A DNA stretch of 62,877 nt, counting the filler, from Octopus bimaculoides (lineage: Eukaryota): the NCBI RefSeq assembly GCF_001194135.2. It is 9 parts of 8 records of this genome, joined end to end, with 100 filler letters (N's around TTAATTAATTAA, not from the genome) between each part and the next. Parts side by side here need not be neighbours in the genome. Positions count along the whole stretch, not along the records: positions 31,837 to 46,177 come from NC_068988.1; positions 46,278 to 56,454 come from NC_068989.1; positions 56,555 to 57,603 come from NW_026357336.1; positions 57,704 to 61,079 come from NC_069004.1; 5 more parts are not named here. One strand, given 5' to 3'. Every line of letters begins with the position of its first letter. The stretch's first letter is position 1. Both the position numbers and the translations under genes were made by a program. Of this stretch, positions 46,107-59,347 are shown one piece after another. The notes beneath the pieces were generated by a model. It did no database searches, was not told the origin of the DNA, and saw nothing but the letters and a program-made list of their open reading frames with translations.

Positions 46107-48052
46107 ATGTATATATGTATATATATATATATATGTATATATCTATGTATATATATATATATGTATATATATATATGNNNNNNNNNNNNNNNNNNNNNNN
46201 NNNNNNNNNNNNNNNNNNNNNTTAATTAATTAANNNNNNNNNNNNNNNNNNNNNNNNNNNNNNNNNNNNNNNNNNNNATATATATATATATATATATATA
46301 TAAAATACCGATCATTTCAAGTGACCAGCACGGTAATAAAAATGGAGTTTATAAAACAAACGTTTTTTCCTTTGTCGTCTCATTTTTGTATGTATGTATG
46401 TATGTATGTATGTATTCATGTATGTATGTATGTATATATATATAGAGAGAGAGAGAAAGAGCAAGGAAGAGAGAGAGAGAGAAAGAGCAAGGAAGAGAGA
46501 GAGAGAAAGAGACAGAAAAAAGGAAAATGTTCCTTGTATTTGAAGACTATGGAAATATTTGTAAAAACATTTCATTTCATTTTTCCACAATTTAATTTTT
46601 TTTCATGCTTTACTCTAAGTTGGCAATGTCGCAGAGACTGGCTGAAACCGGTACTAAAATGTTGTTCATGATTAAATTATTTTAACATTTTCTACCTTGT
46701 CTTATTTTCCTTATCTATATGCACACACACANNNNNNNNNNNNNNNNNNNNNNNNNNNNNNNNNNNNNNNNNNNNNNNNNNNNNNNNNNNNNNNNNNNNN
46801 NNNNNNNNNNNNNNNNNNNNNNNNNNNNNNNNNNNNNNNNNNNNNNNNNNNNNNNNNNNNNNNNNNNNNNNNNNNNNNNNNNNNNNNNNNNNNNNNNNNN
46901 NNNNNNNNNNNNNNNNNNNNNNNNNNNNNNNNNNNNNNNNNNNNNNNNNATATATATATATATATAATAAATATACAGTTTTTAGTAGTTGCTTAAAACA
47001 CAATAAAACAATGAAATAATTAAATTCTCAGATTTTGTAGTTAAATAATTTGAACATGTTACCAAACTAGAATAATGCTAGATTGGAAAAGTACATTTAA
47101 TTATTTTACGAAGTAATTCTTTAATTTAGATGCATTCGTTACATGTATACAGAATTTTGTCAATATTGTTTTTTTTTACAAAAACTAAACTTGGAACAAA
47201 ATACTTCAAAATTAATTAGATCAATGGAAAATTTAATAAAATAAAAATTATTTCCATGTTGGTGTTCTTTATTCTGTTTGTGTAACTAATATGTATTGAA
47301 ATAAAAGGAACGGAATGTAATTATAGGTAAATCCAACATAAATTGTTAATCAACGTTTTCGTTGATCATATTTTCCCATATGAAATGAGTTATTTAATAA
47401 ATACATAATGTGTAGGTGTGTACAAAATCGTAAAATTAATAGGTTTCATAATATTCGAACATTTCCAATGGACGCCTTCTGCATGAAGAAATTATAGTGA
47501 AATGCATACTAATACGTGGTTGTTTTCTGAGGTAAAATCTCACGCGCCAAGGGAAGATCTGCAAGCAGCGTCATTGAGAATTGACGTTGTTCAATGTGAA
47601 GTAAAGCTTCCGAAGTTTATATTTAGGATAAAGCTCCGGACCTAAACATGTTAAGGCTGGTTTACCAGTTTCTATTGCTGTCCGTAAGCAAGCTACTTAC
47701 CACACGGGCACACTTACGCTAGAAATTAAATTAGCCTCATTAGTGTATAGTAATATCCAATGAAATATTAGTTTATTACCTCGTATTTGTTATGAATAAT
47801 AATTATCCATAATCATAAAGTAATAAGTCTAAATATAAATTATGGTTTATGAACATTTAAAGAAAATTAGATACGAAAGTACATCACCTAATAGCTTAAC
47901 GATATATCTTTTCTAACCCTCTGATGAAGTTTTGCCTAACATAATGATTGTATAATTGCTATTCTAATCTGTATGGTTAATTGAAACAGCTGTAACAGAA
48001 TATGCTGGAATTTTTGTAGATAAATTTTTCTTAAATTCTATATATCTATATA

Positions 48053-48215
48053 GGCGCAGGAGTGGCTGTGTGGTAAGTAGCTTGATTACCAGCCACATGG
48101 TTCCGGGTTCAGTGCCACTGCGTTGCAAATTCGGCAAGTGTTTTCTACTATACCCTCGGACCGACCAAACCCTAGCAAGTGGATTTAGTAGACGGAAACT
48201 GAAAGAAGCCTGTCG

Positions 48216-48268
<53 letters not shown>

Positions 48269-48344
48269 TTGTTCCCGGAACATCACTTGACAACCGATGC
48301 TGGTATGTCTTTTCACGGGAAACTGACAAAAAAAGTTTTCGAGA
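48053..48344 (+). mobile_element. SINE family 1 copy running into a gap
   Basis: ggcgcaggagtggctgtgtggtaagtagcttg..ggttccgggttcagtgcc..internal (TA)(TG)..gacaaccgatgctgg. Confidence 0.9.
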
Positions 48345-48571
48345 NNNNNNNNNNNNNNNNNNNNNNNNNNNNNNNNNNNNNNNNNNNNNNNNNNNNNNNN
48401 NNNNNNNNNNNNNNNNNNNNNNNNNNNNNNNNNNNNNNNNNNNNNNNNNNNNNNNNNNNNNNNNNNNNNNNNNNNNNNNNNNNNNNNNNNNNNNNNNNNN
48501 NNNNNNNNNNNNNNNNNNNNNNNNNNNNNNNNNNNNNNNNNNNNNNNNNNNNNNNNNNNNNNNNNNNNNNN

Positions 48572-48629
<58 letters not shown>

Positions 48630-51525
48630 TAATGTTATCTAGTCTGTTCGGCCCGTTATAATAGAATCTACATTTAGATTTGTTTACGGCGCATGAGTTT
48701 CGCGATTAATCAAGTTGATTTTTGTGTTTACCCAGAAATGAACGAAACAATAATACTATAGATTTTCAATTTTCAGTAGCACATTATGCATCGTTTTGAA
48801 TAACGCCCCGAACCGATTGCGTTTATTAGTAGTTATAGTGGAAAATCTTATGAAATCTTGTTCACTGGAGTGAAAGAATTCGTTATATATCATTTAGAAA
48901 GCGCTTGGCACAAAATCTATAATTACATTGTATTGTTTGCGACGTACAAATATGATACTTTTTAATGGATTTTCAATGCTATGATCGATAAGTTTATTTG
49001 AAATATCAAACTTGAAATTTACTTCCAGAAATATATTAGATTTTTCTTTTTTAAAAGACTTACTGCACTTTAAATATTTGACTTCAACGAATATTTAATT
49101 CCAGATAGTTTGATACATACCTGAGACAGAACCCTGTTGGAAATATCAAACTTCAAATATATATATGTAGAAATGGCGTATTTATGTATATTCTTCTGTT
49201 TTAAAAGATTTTGTGCTTTTTAATGATTCAAATTGTATGAACGTTTGATTCAAGATACTATAGAATGTCGTTGAGGGAAGTTTCTTCATTATTTGAAATC
49301 CAAGATATGGATTTATTAAAATTCTTAATACGTAAATCATTTCTTCTTACACGTTTACATTGATTTCCCTCCAATACCATTAATTATAGATAAAATCATA
49401 ATATCAATAATTCAACGAGTTATGAAATAATTTCCTTGTACTATAGGCAAAAGAACTTCAACATTTTATGGAATAATGGCTGATAAAACTATATCATTTT
49501 ATATTTAGTTGGTACAAATATCATATTCTTGGAAGTCAGAACATTTGAATTCCGGTATTAGTGACTTCCTTAAAATAGATGATAAAGTAAATTAAATAAA
49601 ATAACCCCATATTTCAGTTGAAATCAGATTAAGCTGTCAATGTAGATTAGTCAATGAGGTAGTCGAATATAGACGTAGATAAACCCCAAAGAGGTGTATC
49701 TATTAATTAACAATTTTAAGTACATTTACGACAATATTAAAGAGTGTCTTCCCTCTTATAAGAAAGCAAGGTATGATTAATGACAAATTTATAACATTTT
49801 TACTAGCTTCAGTAATCAGAGGTGCCCTTGCTGATTTAAAAACCAACACAATTCGAGAAAAAAATGTAGTTAACTTAAAATGTTTCTTTTACTATTATTT
49901 CTAATGAGGAAGAATTTAGGACATCCCACTATCTGCTAGAAATAAAAAAACAAATCAGTCTTCAAATCAAACATCGCTATCTTTATTTAAATGTGGACAT
50001 ATTGGATATTGTAGTCCTTGGTATATCGTATGAATAAACCAAGGTGTGGGGCATCTTTGAAATCCTTATTATTTTAATGTTCCCGATAATTGTTAACATG
50101 GAGTTACAATTAATGTAATCCTCATTTCTAATCATGTAAATACAACAAAGTGAGACATACAAAATCAAGACGACTTAGACATATCTATGGGTATAACTAA
50201 AAGAGATATCAAGTTTCCAGGTATTCATTATGAAAGCCACGAATTTCATGTTATGTAAAGAATTCTTCGAGCGTAACTCGACCTGAATCGTCTGGTTAAA
50301 TCGTCAGTAGTGAATCGACAAGAAGATGGGGTTTTAAATAAATCAATAGTATATATTTTAGTTCAGAATTTAATAAATTTAGTAAATTAGTATTAATTTC
50401 AATTTAGTTTATCGGCCAATCTAAGCTTTGATGGAGAATACGATTTTTAATCAAATGATTTTAAGAAATTGAATTCTAGATTTGATTTGGCGTATATGCT
50501 GCGTGATTATTTAGTTTACTAACATTTTATACAGGATATTATATATTTGCGCATAGGCTTTGTTGTAACCACGATACAACAGTATTTCTAACATTCAGCA
50601 TCAATACAGCCAGTGTTCAGGCACTGCCTATACTGTTCAACATTAAAAGTGTGTGTTCAGTTGTACCATTCCATACACAAATTAGAAGATAACATAGCGA
50701 TTACTGATTCCAAACGAATTGGCATGTGCTTGAGTTCTGTATCAATACTATAAAGATAGAAAAAAAACAAGCAATGTCATGATACAATATAGTAAAAATT
50801 GGAGCAAAACAATGTACTGCCAGATAGGAGAACATTCATGTACATGTATGATATTCTACGAGTTAATGAAACTAAGGTGTTATAAGTGTGTTCGACATAA
50901 GAAATAAAATGATTCATAGATTCTGTTACTAAACATTGAAGTGGAGGCTAAGTGTAACTCCTTAATACCTACCCCATAAATTAGTTCCCAAAACACATGG
51001 AATCAATATTTTTATGTTACTTCCATAAAGCAATATATCCTGGCTCTCGTTTTTTTCTTTAACATTCTAAACACTTATATTAATGATTTTATAATTGGCA
51101 TTTATACTCCCGGGCTTGTCGTGATTATACTTCGAATAATGTTTGCTTTGGAGCGTTTAATCACGCCCTCCATTTCACCATCCTCTTCTCTTTCTCGCCA
51201 TCATAAAAATGAACATCGTCGTCGTCGTCCGCGTTCTCATCGGCGTCGCTGTACGTGACTGAATGAGGTTTCTTTAAGGGGAATGATTGTTTGAAATAGA
51301 TTGCATTTTAATTACCGATGTGATAGTTGAGCACTTATCAGATTAGAAATAAAAAAAGCGATATCCACAAGAACCTGGATCAACTACAAACAAATGTTGA
51401 AAGGCATAATAAATGTTATGATGTACAGGTGTATTATCTTGGAATACTTTCTGTTTGTGTAGCTCAATATTCGAAAGACTTACTATTCAATGATGTTGAA
51501 TACACAGACACAGACAAGCTCGTGC

Positions 51526-51571
<46 letters not shown>

Positions 51572-51703
51572 NNNNNNNNNNNNNNNNNNNNNNNNNNNNN
51601 NNNNNNNNNNNNNNNNNNNNNNNNNNNNNNNNNNNNNNNNNNNNNNNNNNNNNNNNNNNNNNNNNNNNNNNNNNNNNNNNNNNNNNNNNNNNNNNNNNNN
51701 NNN

Positions 51704-51772
<69 letters not shown>

Positions 51773-52589
51773 CGCACAGAGCAGTTCACTCCGCATGCAT
51801 ATAAAAGAATTTAAAGAAACATCTCAGTCTAGTTTGAATTCGGACAACGAAATATATGAAATATAATTATGATATATTCAAAAGCGCACAAAATATATTC
51901 TTTGTTCATTGAAATTGAACTGCGTTTGCCCCAAGAAATGGTAAATACATGCGTCTATGAATGAGGAGTGGAGATTTTCTCATGTACCATTAAATGTCTG
52001 GAATTGAATTATCATTAAAGAATATTTTGCCTTCTATGAAAAGAAAGGAACAGCTTGTGGAGAGACGCTCCTACACCAATAGATATCATCTGATTTTTTT
52101 ATTGCCAATAGATATCATCAACCTGCCACTTACCTTAATTTCAAAGTTGACGTTTCTAGGGTTTTTTTTTCCCTCATGCTTGATTTATCCCTAACCTGCT
52201 GTCCATCACTACTTAGTCTACCTTCCTCTAAATTGAAATTACTACTACCCCTCCAATTAGATTATATAGAAATAAAATTTTTGTTTCATTCACTAGACTG
52301 TTGAACAGCAGTCCAGGCAAGTATTTTTTCTTCTCTTACTCTTGTTTTTGCACACATCTACAAAATGATTTTCTAAAATGAAATTCCATTATGCAGCTGA
52401 GGAGTACATTTTCATTACACATTTTATGTAGTGTTCTCACTACATGAATAAATGAAGTTTGTACGAAACGTACGGACTGCTATAACCTATTTAATTTTTG
52501 TTGCTTTTCTTCAAATTTTATTCACCAAATCTCTTCACTTTGTTTTTGGTTTTTACCCTACAAAATTCTGGTGACTCAAACATTTTAAG

Positions 52590-52737
52590 TACCACATTTA
52601 TAAATGTGCAACAATGTGGAAATAAGAGTACTCAAATACCAGAGGTAGAGTAATATGCTTTATTTAAAAGCAGCAGAAATATAACAAAAGACTGTTATTC
52701 GGAGTTTCACGTTCCCGTTCATCAGACACTTTTGTTA
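52590..52737 (-). mobile_element. Penelope-type terminal fragment with a type I hammerhead-like motif
   Basis: Minus strand taacaaaag-tgt-CTGATGA-acg(ggaa)cgt-GAAAC-tccg-aaTA-aca-gt-cttttgtta, followed by the tail actctacctctggtatttgagtact, which also occurs at ~3325-3350. Confidence 0.6.
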
Positions 52738-52778
52738 GCAATGGGAATTCCTTTCCCATTTNNNNNNNNNNATATATG

Positions 52779-52828
<50 letters not shown>

Positions 52829-53351
52829 AATGCACACACACACACCAACTCACACACACATATATACAAATACATTCACAAATGCACACTTATCTGTATT
52901 CGTATGCATTTTCTTGTTTGTGTTTGTGTGCAAATGTGTGAGAGTAAGAATCAAATCAATATTTTAGTAACCTCGGCTCTGATATACAAACATAAGCGCA
53001 TACATAACATCACATGTTACTACGAATTTTACTTACGTTTACGTCTGCCCCATCCATCTCTTCGACATTTACTTAAACGCATAAAACCAAGAGCATGGCT
53101 GTGCCACACACAGCTGTGAGATGATGAAAAGTTCTGGGTGGTTTTAATATTCTTTCATAATTTATAACTTTCTGCATGTATCTTTTCTCGGTGCAATCCG
53201 ATGTCATTTTTACTGAATTAGTTATAAAACTTCAGATATGTAAAAAAAACGTATATCATTCCTCATCTCAACGAATTACAGTCTCAATTTAGGTGGTCTG
53301 GACATTTGCTTCTTCCTTTTTCATTATCTCTTTTTATGTATGTATATATAT

Positions 53352-53388
<37 letters not shown>

Positions 53389-53718
53389 CGTGTGTGTGTG
53401 TGTGTGTCTGTCTGTCTGTATGTATGTATCTATCTACCTACTTATCTATCTACCTATCTATCTATCTTTCTATCTATCTCTCTATCTATCTATCTATCTA
53501 TCTATATTTTTATCTATCTATCTGTCTATCTACTTATTTCTCGGTCATTTTATCAATAAGACTTCTGCACATTTATCTTTATTTTCCATATTCTATATAT
53601 ACATAAACATACATATCTATACTTACACACGCATTCACACGGAAACACACACAATCACACACATACACACACAACCACAAACACACAGGCACACACACAG
53701 GCACACACACAGGCACAC

Positions 53719-53753
<35 letters not shown>

Positions 53754-53761
53754 CACACACA

Positions 53762-53804
<43 letters not shown>

Positions 53805-54423
53805 TCCTGCCCAGATTACCCTGGGTGATGATATATTTGCCTTAAAGACTTCTCGCCTTAGAACGACCAAATCAGATTTGGCAATAGCTAATGGAAATTT
53901 TTCGTGTGTTTTTTACTTAATATATCGGCCCTTTGGCGTTTTATCATTTCATAACACGCATCTTAATTTTTTGCTACTTTTCACTACGTCTCGCTAGCTT
54001 CTAAATAGGTTCTTTACACGCTATCATCTGCGAGATTTAAACCATCAAACTAAACCAAATAACCAGTTTACCTAACCATTTACGATCAAACGTATCAAGC
54101 TACCTAGCGAAGTATAGATATAACTTAAATATGAAAAAAAGTTCATACAAGTTTTTCATAAAATAAACGAATTTGAATGTGGTGTATTTTGTTCATGAAT
54201 ATGAAAAGTTCTAGATATCTCTTGAATACACCATTTATGATCCATAACATTGCTTGGTATTTCGCCAAGAAAATGTTATTTCATAGTATAGAATTAAAAG
54301 AAAATATATAAATCTCTTAATATGTATACATATATACTTTATACATATATCCATGTTCATGCATTCACACACTCGTATATACATACATACATACATGCAT
54401 ACATACATATATATATATATCTA

Positions 54424-54458
<35 letters not shown>

Positions 54459-54529
54459 ATATATATATATATATATATATACGCACACACACACACACAT
54501 GGATATATGTATATATACATATATATACT

Positions 54530-54761
54530 CTTTTACTCTTTTACTCTTTTACTTGTAACATGCTGGAGCACCGCCTGTAGTCGAGCAAATCGACCCCAGG
54601 ACTTATACTTTGTATGCCTAGTACTCATTCTATCGGTTTTTGCCGAACTGCTACGTTACGGGAACGTAAACACACCAACATCGTTTGTCAACCGAAGGTG
54701 GGTGATAAACACAAACGCACAAACATATACACGCACATATATATATATATATATATATATA
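54530..54761 (-). mobile_element. 3' half of SINE family 1
   Basis: tactcttttactc..catgctggagcaccgcc..gtcgagcaaatcgacccca..gccgaactgctacgttacgggaacgtaaacacaccaacatcg; CpGs are intact. Confidence 0.85.
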
Positions 54762-56417
54762 NNNNNNNNNNNNNNNNNNNNNNNNNNNNNNNNNNNNNNN
54801 NNNNNNNNNNNNNNNNNNNNNNNNNNNNNNNNNNNNNNNNNNNNNNNNNNNNNNNNNNNNNNNNNNNNNNNNNNNNNNNNNNNNNNNNNNNNNNNNNNNN
54901 NNNNNNNNNNNNNNNNNNNNNNNNNNNNNNNNNNNNNNNNNNNNNNNNNNNNNNNNNNNNNNNNNNNNNNNNNNNNNNNNNNNNNNNNNNNNNNNNNNNN
55001 NNNNNNNNNNNNNNNNNNNNNNNNNNNNNNNNNNNNNNNNNNNNNNNNNNNNNNNNNNNNNNNNNNNNNNNNNNNNNNNNNNNNNNNNNNNNNNNNNNNN
55101 NNNNNNNNNNNNNNNNNNNNNNNNNNNNNNNNNNNNNNNNNNNNNNNNNNNNNNNNNNNNNNNNNNNNNNNNNNNNNNNNNNNNNNNNNNNNNNNNNNNN
55201 NNNNNNNNNNNNNNNNNNNNNNNNNNNNNNNNNNNNNNNNNNNNNNNNNNNNNNNNNNNNNNNNNNNNNNNNNNNNNNNNNNNNNNNNNNNNNNNNNNNN
55301 NNNNNNNNNNNNNNNNNNNNNNNNNNNNNNNNNNNNNNNNNNNNNNNNNNNNNNNNNNNNNNNNNNNNNNNNNNNNNNNNNNNNNNNNNNNNNNNNNNNN
55401 NNNNNNNNNNNNNNNNNNNNNNNNNNNNNNNNNNNNNNNNNNNNNNNNNNNNNNNNNNNNNATATATATAGATATAGATACAGACGGGTATACGCGCAAA
55501 CATAAAAATGGTGATGAGTATTAAATTCTCGATACATAGCAGTTTCCCTGTATTGACCGGGCAGAATTCAGTGTCAAAGCAAAGTACGTATTTACATTAC
55601 ATAATATAAGTTTGTCCGTCGTTTATTTATTTATTTTTTTTTTCTGATTGCATCCATTCAGAATAATTGCTGTCATTGTAAGTAAAAGGACGTGACCTTG
55701 AAAATCGTTAAGACGTCGAAATTACTTCAAATCTTATTTCGTATATTAAGATAAAAATGTTTTCTCATTTCTGTCGGAATTATTTCCTTGCCTATTACAC
55801 AAAACAATTTCTATAATACTAAAAGTGGAATTAGTGTTGAATCAAATAGTAAACTAAAACAAAAAAAAAAAACAATTTTATTTCTGTTTGGTTCCATGCA
55901 ATTACCATCTTACAGGGGCATTTTATCTACTTAACGTATTGGAATTTTATTGCTCAGACGATATTAATTGTTAATTTCGTGGAGGACTTGTTAATATATG
56001 TGAACGAATTCTAACATGTTGAGGTAGAATAACATGATTTTGTGGTTTCTCTCGGTATTTTCCACGTTTTGTCTGGAGTTTCTAAAACATAATCGAACAC
56101 AGCTTTAGGCGCTTTGGATATATGTTATACTATGTTCATTGCTGTTAATTATTCTGTGTAATATAGCTATATTATTTTCTAGATGGTATTATATCGGATG
56201 TTACATCTGCCTGTAAATCCTTGTAGAGTTGCTAATGGCTTCCCAGATATTTTATTTTTATTCAGTGCATGAAATTAGGAGCTTTATTTGCAATCTCTTT
56301 ATTATACTTCTTCATAATATTTGGAGAGTTTTTGTATATCGTTTGCAAAGACATTGTCGTCTGTAGATCTGAACTCCGTCTTGACCTTCATAAAGCGAGA
56401 TATTAGGACACATTTTA

Positions 56418-56454
<37 letters not shown>

Positions 56455-56939
56455 NNNNNNNNNNNNNNNNNNNNNNNNNNNNNNNNNNNNNNNNNNNNTT
56501 AATTAATTAANNNNNNNNNNNNNNNNNNNNNNNNNNNNNNNNNNNNNNNNNNNNATATTTAAAACCATTAGAAATGTTAAGACATCAGCCTCTACCCACG
56601 TTGTCATGCTTTGATTAAAAGATTACAGCATAGATTAGATTACTTTGATAAGTTTCGGCCGAAGTTGACTCAGGCCATGGAAGAGATGCACAGTGAGCTC
56701 TGGGGAACCGTAGCCCATTCAAGCAAAGGGTTATTGTTTTCAGAGACATATTTTAGTGTGGGTGGTTTATCTGGTATTTATCTGGTATTTATCTAGGGAT
56801 CGTCTGAATGACGTGAAGTCACTTTCCTCCTTTATGTATGCCTGGCACGATGTTGAAGAGAGCAGGGCCAATTGATGTGAAATAGTTCTGTCATAGCGTT
56901 GTGATACGACACGAACATATCTGTAGTGGATGGATGGAT

Positions 56940-57072
56940 GTCATTACCAACTTTCCTTGCAAGTTTTATCAAATACCGTTGACAATTTCTTGAGATATTT
57001 TGCACACAGACGGACAGACGGATAAACCAACGCCGATGAAAACACAGCCTCCTTCCTTGGCGGTGGTAATTA
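56940..57072 (+). mobile_element. Possible Helentron-associated (HINE/DINE-like) 3' end
   Basis: aagttttatcaaataccgttga..cagacggacagacgga..atgaaaacacagcctcc(ttccttggc)ggtggtaat: a (GACG/GACA) short repeat followed by an imperfect terminal hairpin. Confidence 0.4.
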
Positions 57073-57177
57073 CTCAACACAACCAAATCTAATGACTTTG
57101 AAGAGACGATTGTTGTCCGAAGAAGCAGACTTTGGAAGAACGCAATTGATTTAGTTACAGACCAATATCAATAAGCA

Positions 57178-57365
57178 TGGCAAGGCGGTAAGCTGGTGGA
57201 ATCGTTAGCGAGTCAGGTAAATCGACAATTTTCTTTGTCTTTACTTTCAAATTCCGCCTCGATCGACTTTACTTTCTATTATTTCAGGGTCAATGAAATA
57301 AATTCCATTTGATGAACTGGGTGGATGAAATCGAATTCCCCTTCCCCCGATCTTGCCTCCTGTGT
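57178..57365 (+). mobile_element. SINE family 4 copy
   Basis: aggcggtaagctggtggaatcgttagcg..ttcaaattccgcctcgatcgactttactttc.. Confidence 0.7.
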
Positions 57366-59254
57366 GCCAAAATAGGAAAGCAATATTTTAATGAAAGAGT
57401 GGAGAATTTAACAACTTGTGTGCTTATAATGTTGACTTCTATAACTTTATCGTCTCAAACTGGGGCTGGTATCTCATATTCATATCGAATGAAAGGCCCA
57501 ATTGTTTTTACTCTCAAAGTGTTTCGTTTTCTTTTAAACGATAGAGTATTACATGCTGTTGTATGCTATTGGCTGTTATTCTTTAACACCTGCAAAATAA
57601 ATCNNNNNNNNNNNNNNNNNNNNNNNNNNNNNNNNNNNNNNNNNNNNTTAATTAATTAANNNNNNNNNNNNNNNNNNNNNNNNNNNNNNNNNNNNNNNNN
57701 NNNTATATATATATATAAAATATATATATATAATATGTATATATATATGTGTGTGTGTGTGTATATATATATATGTATGTATGTGTGTGTATGTACAAGT
57801 AAAGATATTACACTTTCATTAATATGGGTGTATGTATATTTCACTAAGCACTGATTGGTATGTTATGGTATTGGTATGTTGTTGCTATTGTTTCAATGGT
57901 AGGTACACGCATATACATAGGTGTGAATGTGTGTGAATCATTGTCTCTTTGTGCTCATATGTGAGTGTGTGTGTGTGTGTGTGTGTGGTGTGTCTGTGTG
58001 TATGTGTATGTGTGTGTTCGTGTGTGCATGTGGGTGTGTTTGTGTGCAAGTGTGTGCATAAAGTTTGAAAGGAAATGAGTCAATCATCTAAAATGTCTTG
58101 TTTTAAAATTTCTTCCTGAAAATATTCATTGCATAAAATTTTAAATCATTTAAAAAGTTCTGCTGTTACATCGGACACTACAGAAAGGAGTGTGTACATG
58201 TCTCCGCCTATGTGAGCGTGTACGTGTGTGTGTGCATGTGTGTGTGTGTGTGTGTGTGTGTGTGAGTGCGTGTGTGTGTGTGNNNNNNNNNNTGTGTGTG
58301 TGTGTGTGTGTGTCTGTGTATGTGTGTGTGTTTGTGTGAGTGTGTGTGTGTGCATGTGTGTGTGTGTGTGTGTGTGTGTGTGAGTGCGTGTGTGTGTGTG
58401 AATTGCAATGAATTCGTATGCGTTGGGGATTATTCAAACAACAACTTTGAACTTTTGAATAACTGAAATCCAGATGTCACTCCAATTCATGCGCGCTACA
58501 CTTTGTATATTTGAGCAATTTACTTTGCATTTATCAAAAAATCCTTCAATAGATTTCCATACATATACGCAGAAATACACATATATACCCCTGCAAAGTG
58601 TATCTATCTCACTCCTCTACCATTCTCTTGTATAAATCCATTTTCTACCTATATATATATATATATATGCATAAAAAAGATATATACATATGCACACACA
58701 TAGAAATATGTATGTGTATATGTGTGTATATTTAGTATTATGAATATATTTGTATGGATGAGTGTATAGTATATATACATGCCGGAGGGCAAAGGAATAA
58801 AAGATGCAGGAAGATAAGATTAGTTGACGTTCAAAATAATTCTTTTGGCGTTCAGTGAAATGGAAAGAATTAATTGCATCGACGTTTCGGATTTGGTTCT
58901 TCTTCGGATAGAGAACAGAAGGGAATGAATGCAGAAAGCACGAGGACGAATTGGAAACAAACAAATCCAGAAGGAAAAAAAAAGATAAAACAATGTGTGA
59001 TTGGTCTACAACCCCCACCACACAGAGTAAATGCTATTACTGTTGTTTTAGCCCCAAGAAACATCATTTCTAGCTGGCTATACGACACACTACCCGTGTC
59101 TTTACATTTTCGAACCGGGAGCTCAGTGGTCCCATTTAGCGCAAAGTAACAATTGTGGACTAGTTTCTGGGTTATTCGACAATCACATTATGTTGGCAAA
59201 TAGCATTTACTTTAAAGAACTGTTACTGAATGTCTCTCCTTGAGAAGTTTAGAA

Positions 59255-59269
59255 ATAATAATAATAATC

Positions 59270-59303
<34 letters not shown>

Positions 59304-59347
59304 CAACAATAACAATAACAATAATAATAATAATAATAATAATAATA
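59255..59347. repeat. (AAT)n microsatellite, representative of many simple repeats
   Basis: Other examples: (TAC)n 4225-4297, (CAT)n ~4655-4703, (TG)n 3476-3530, (TACA)n 19358-19485, (GA)n 51704-51768, (TCTA)n ~53420-53530, compound TA/TGCA repeat 62640-62877. Confidence 0.97.

Noticed and set aside
58800-59160. Non-repetitive block with short ORFs on both strands
   Set aside because: No recognisable domain or consistent splice structure.
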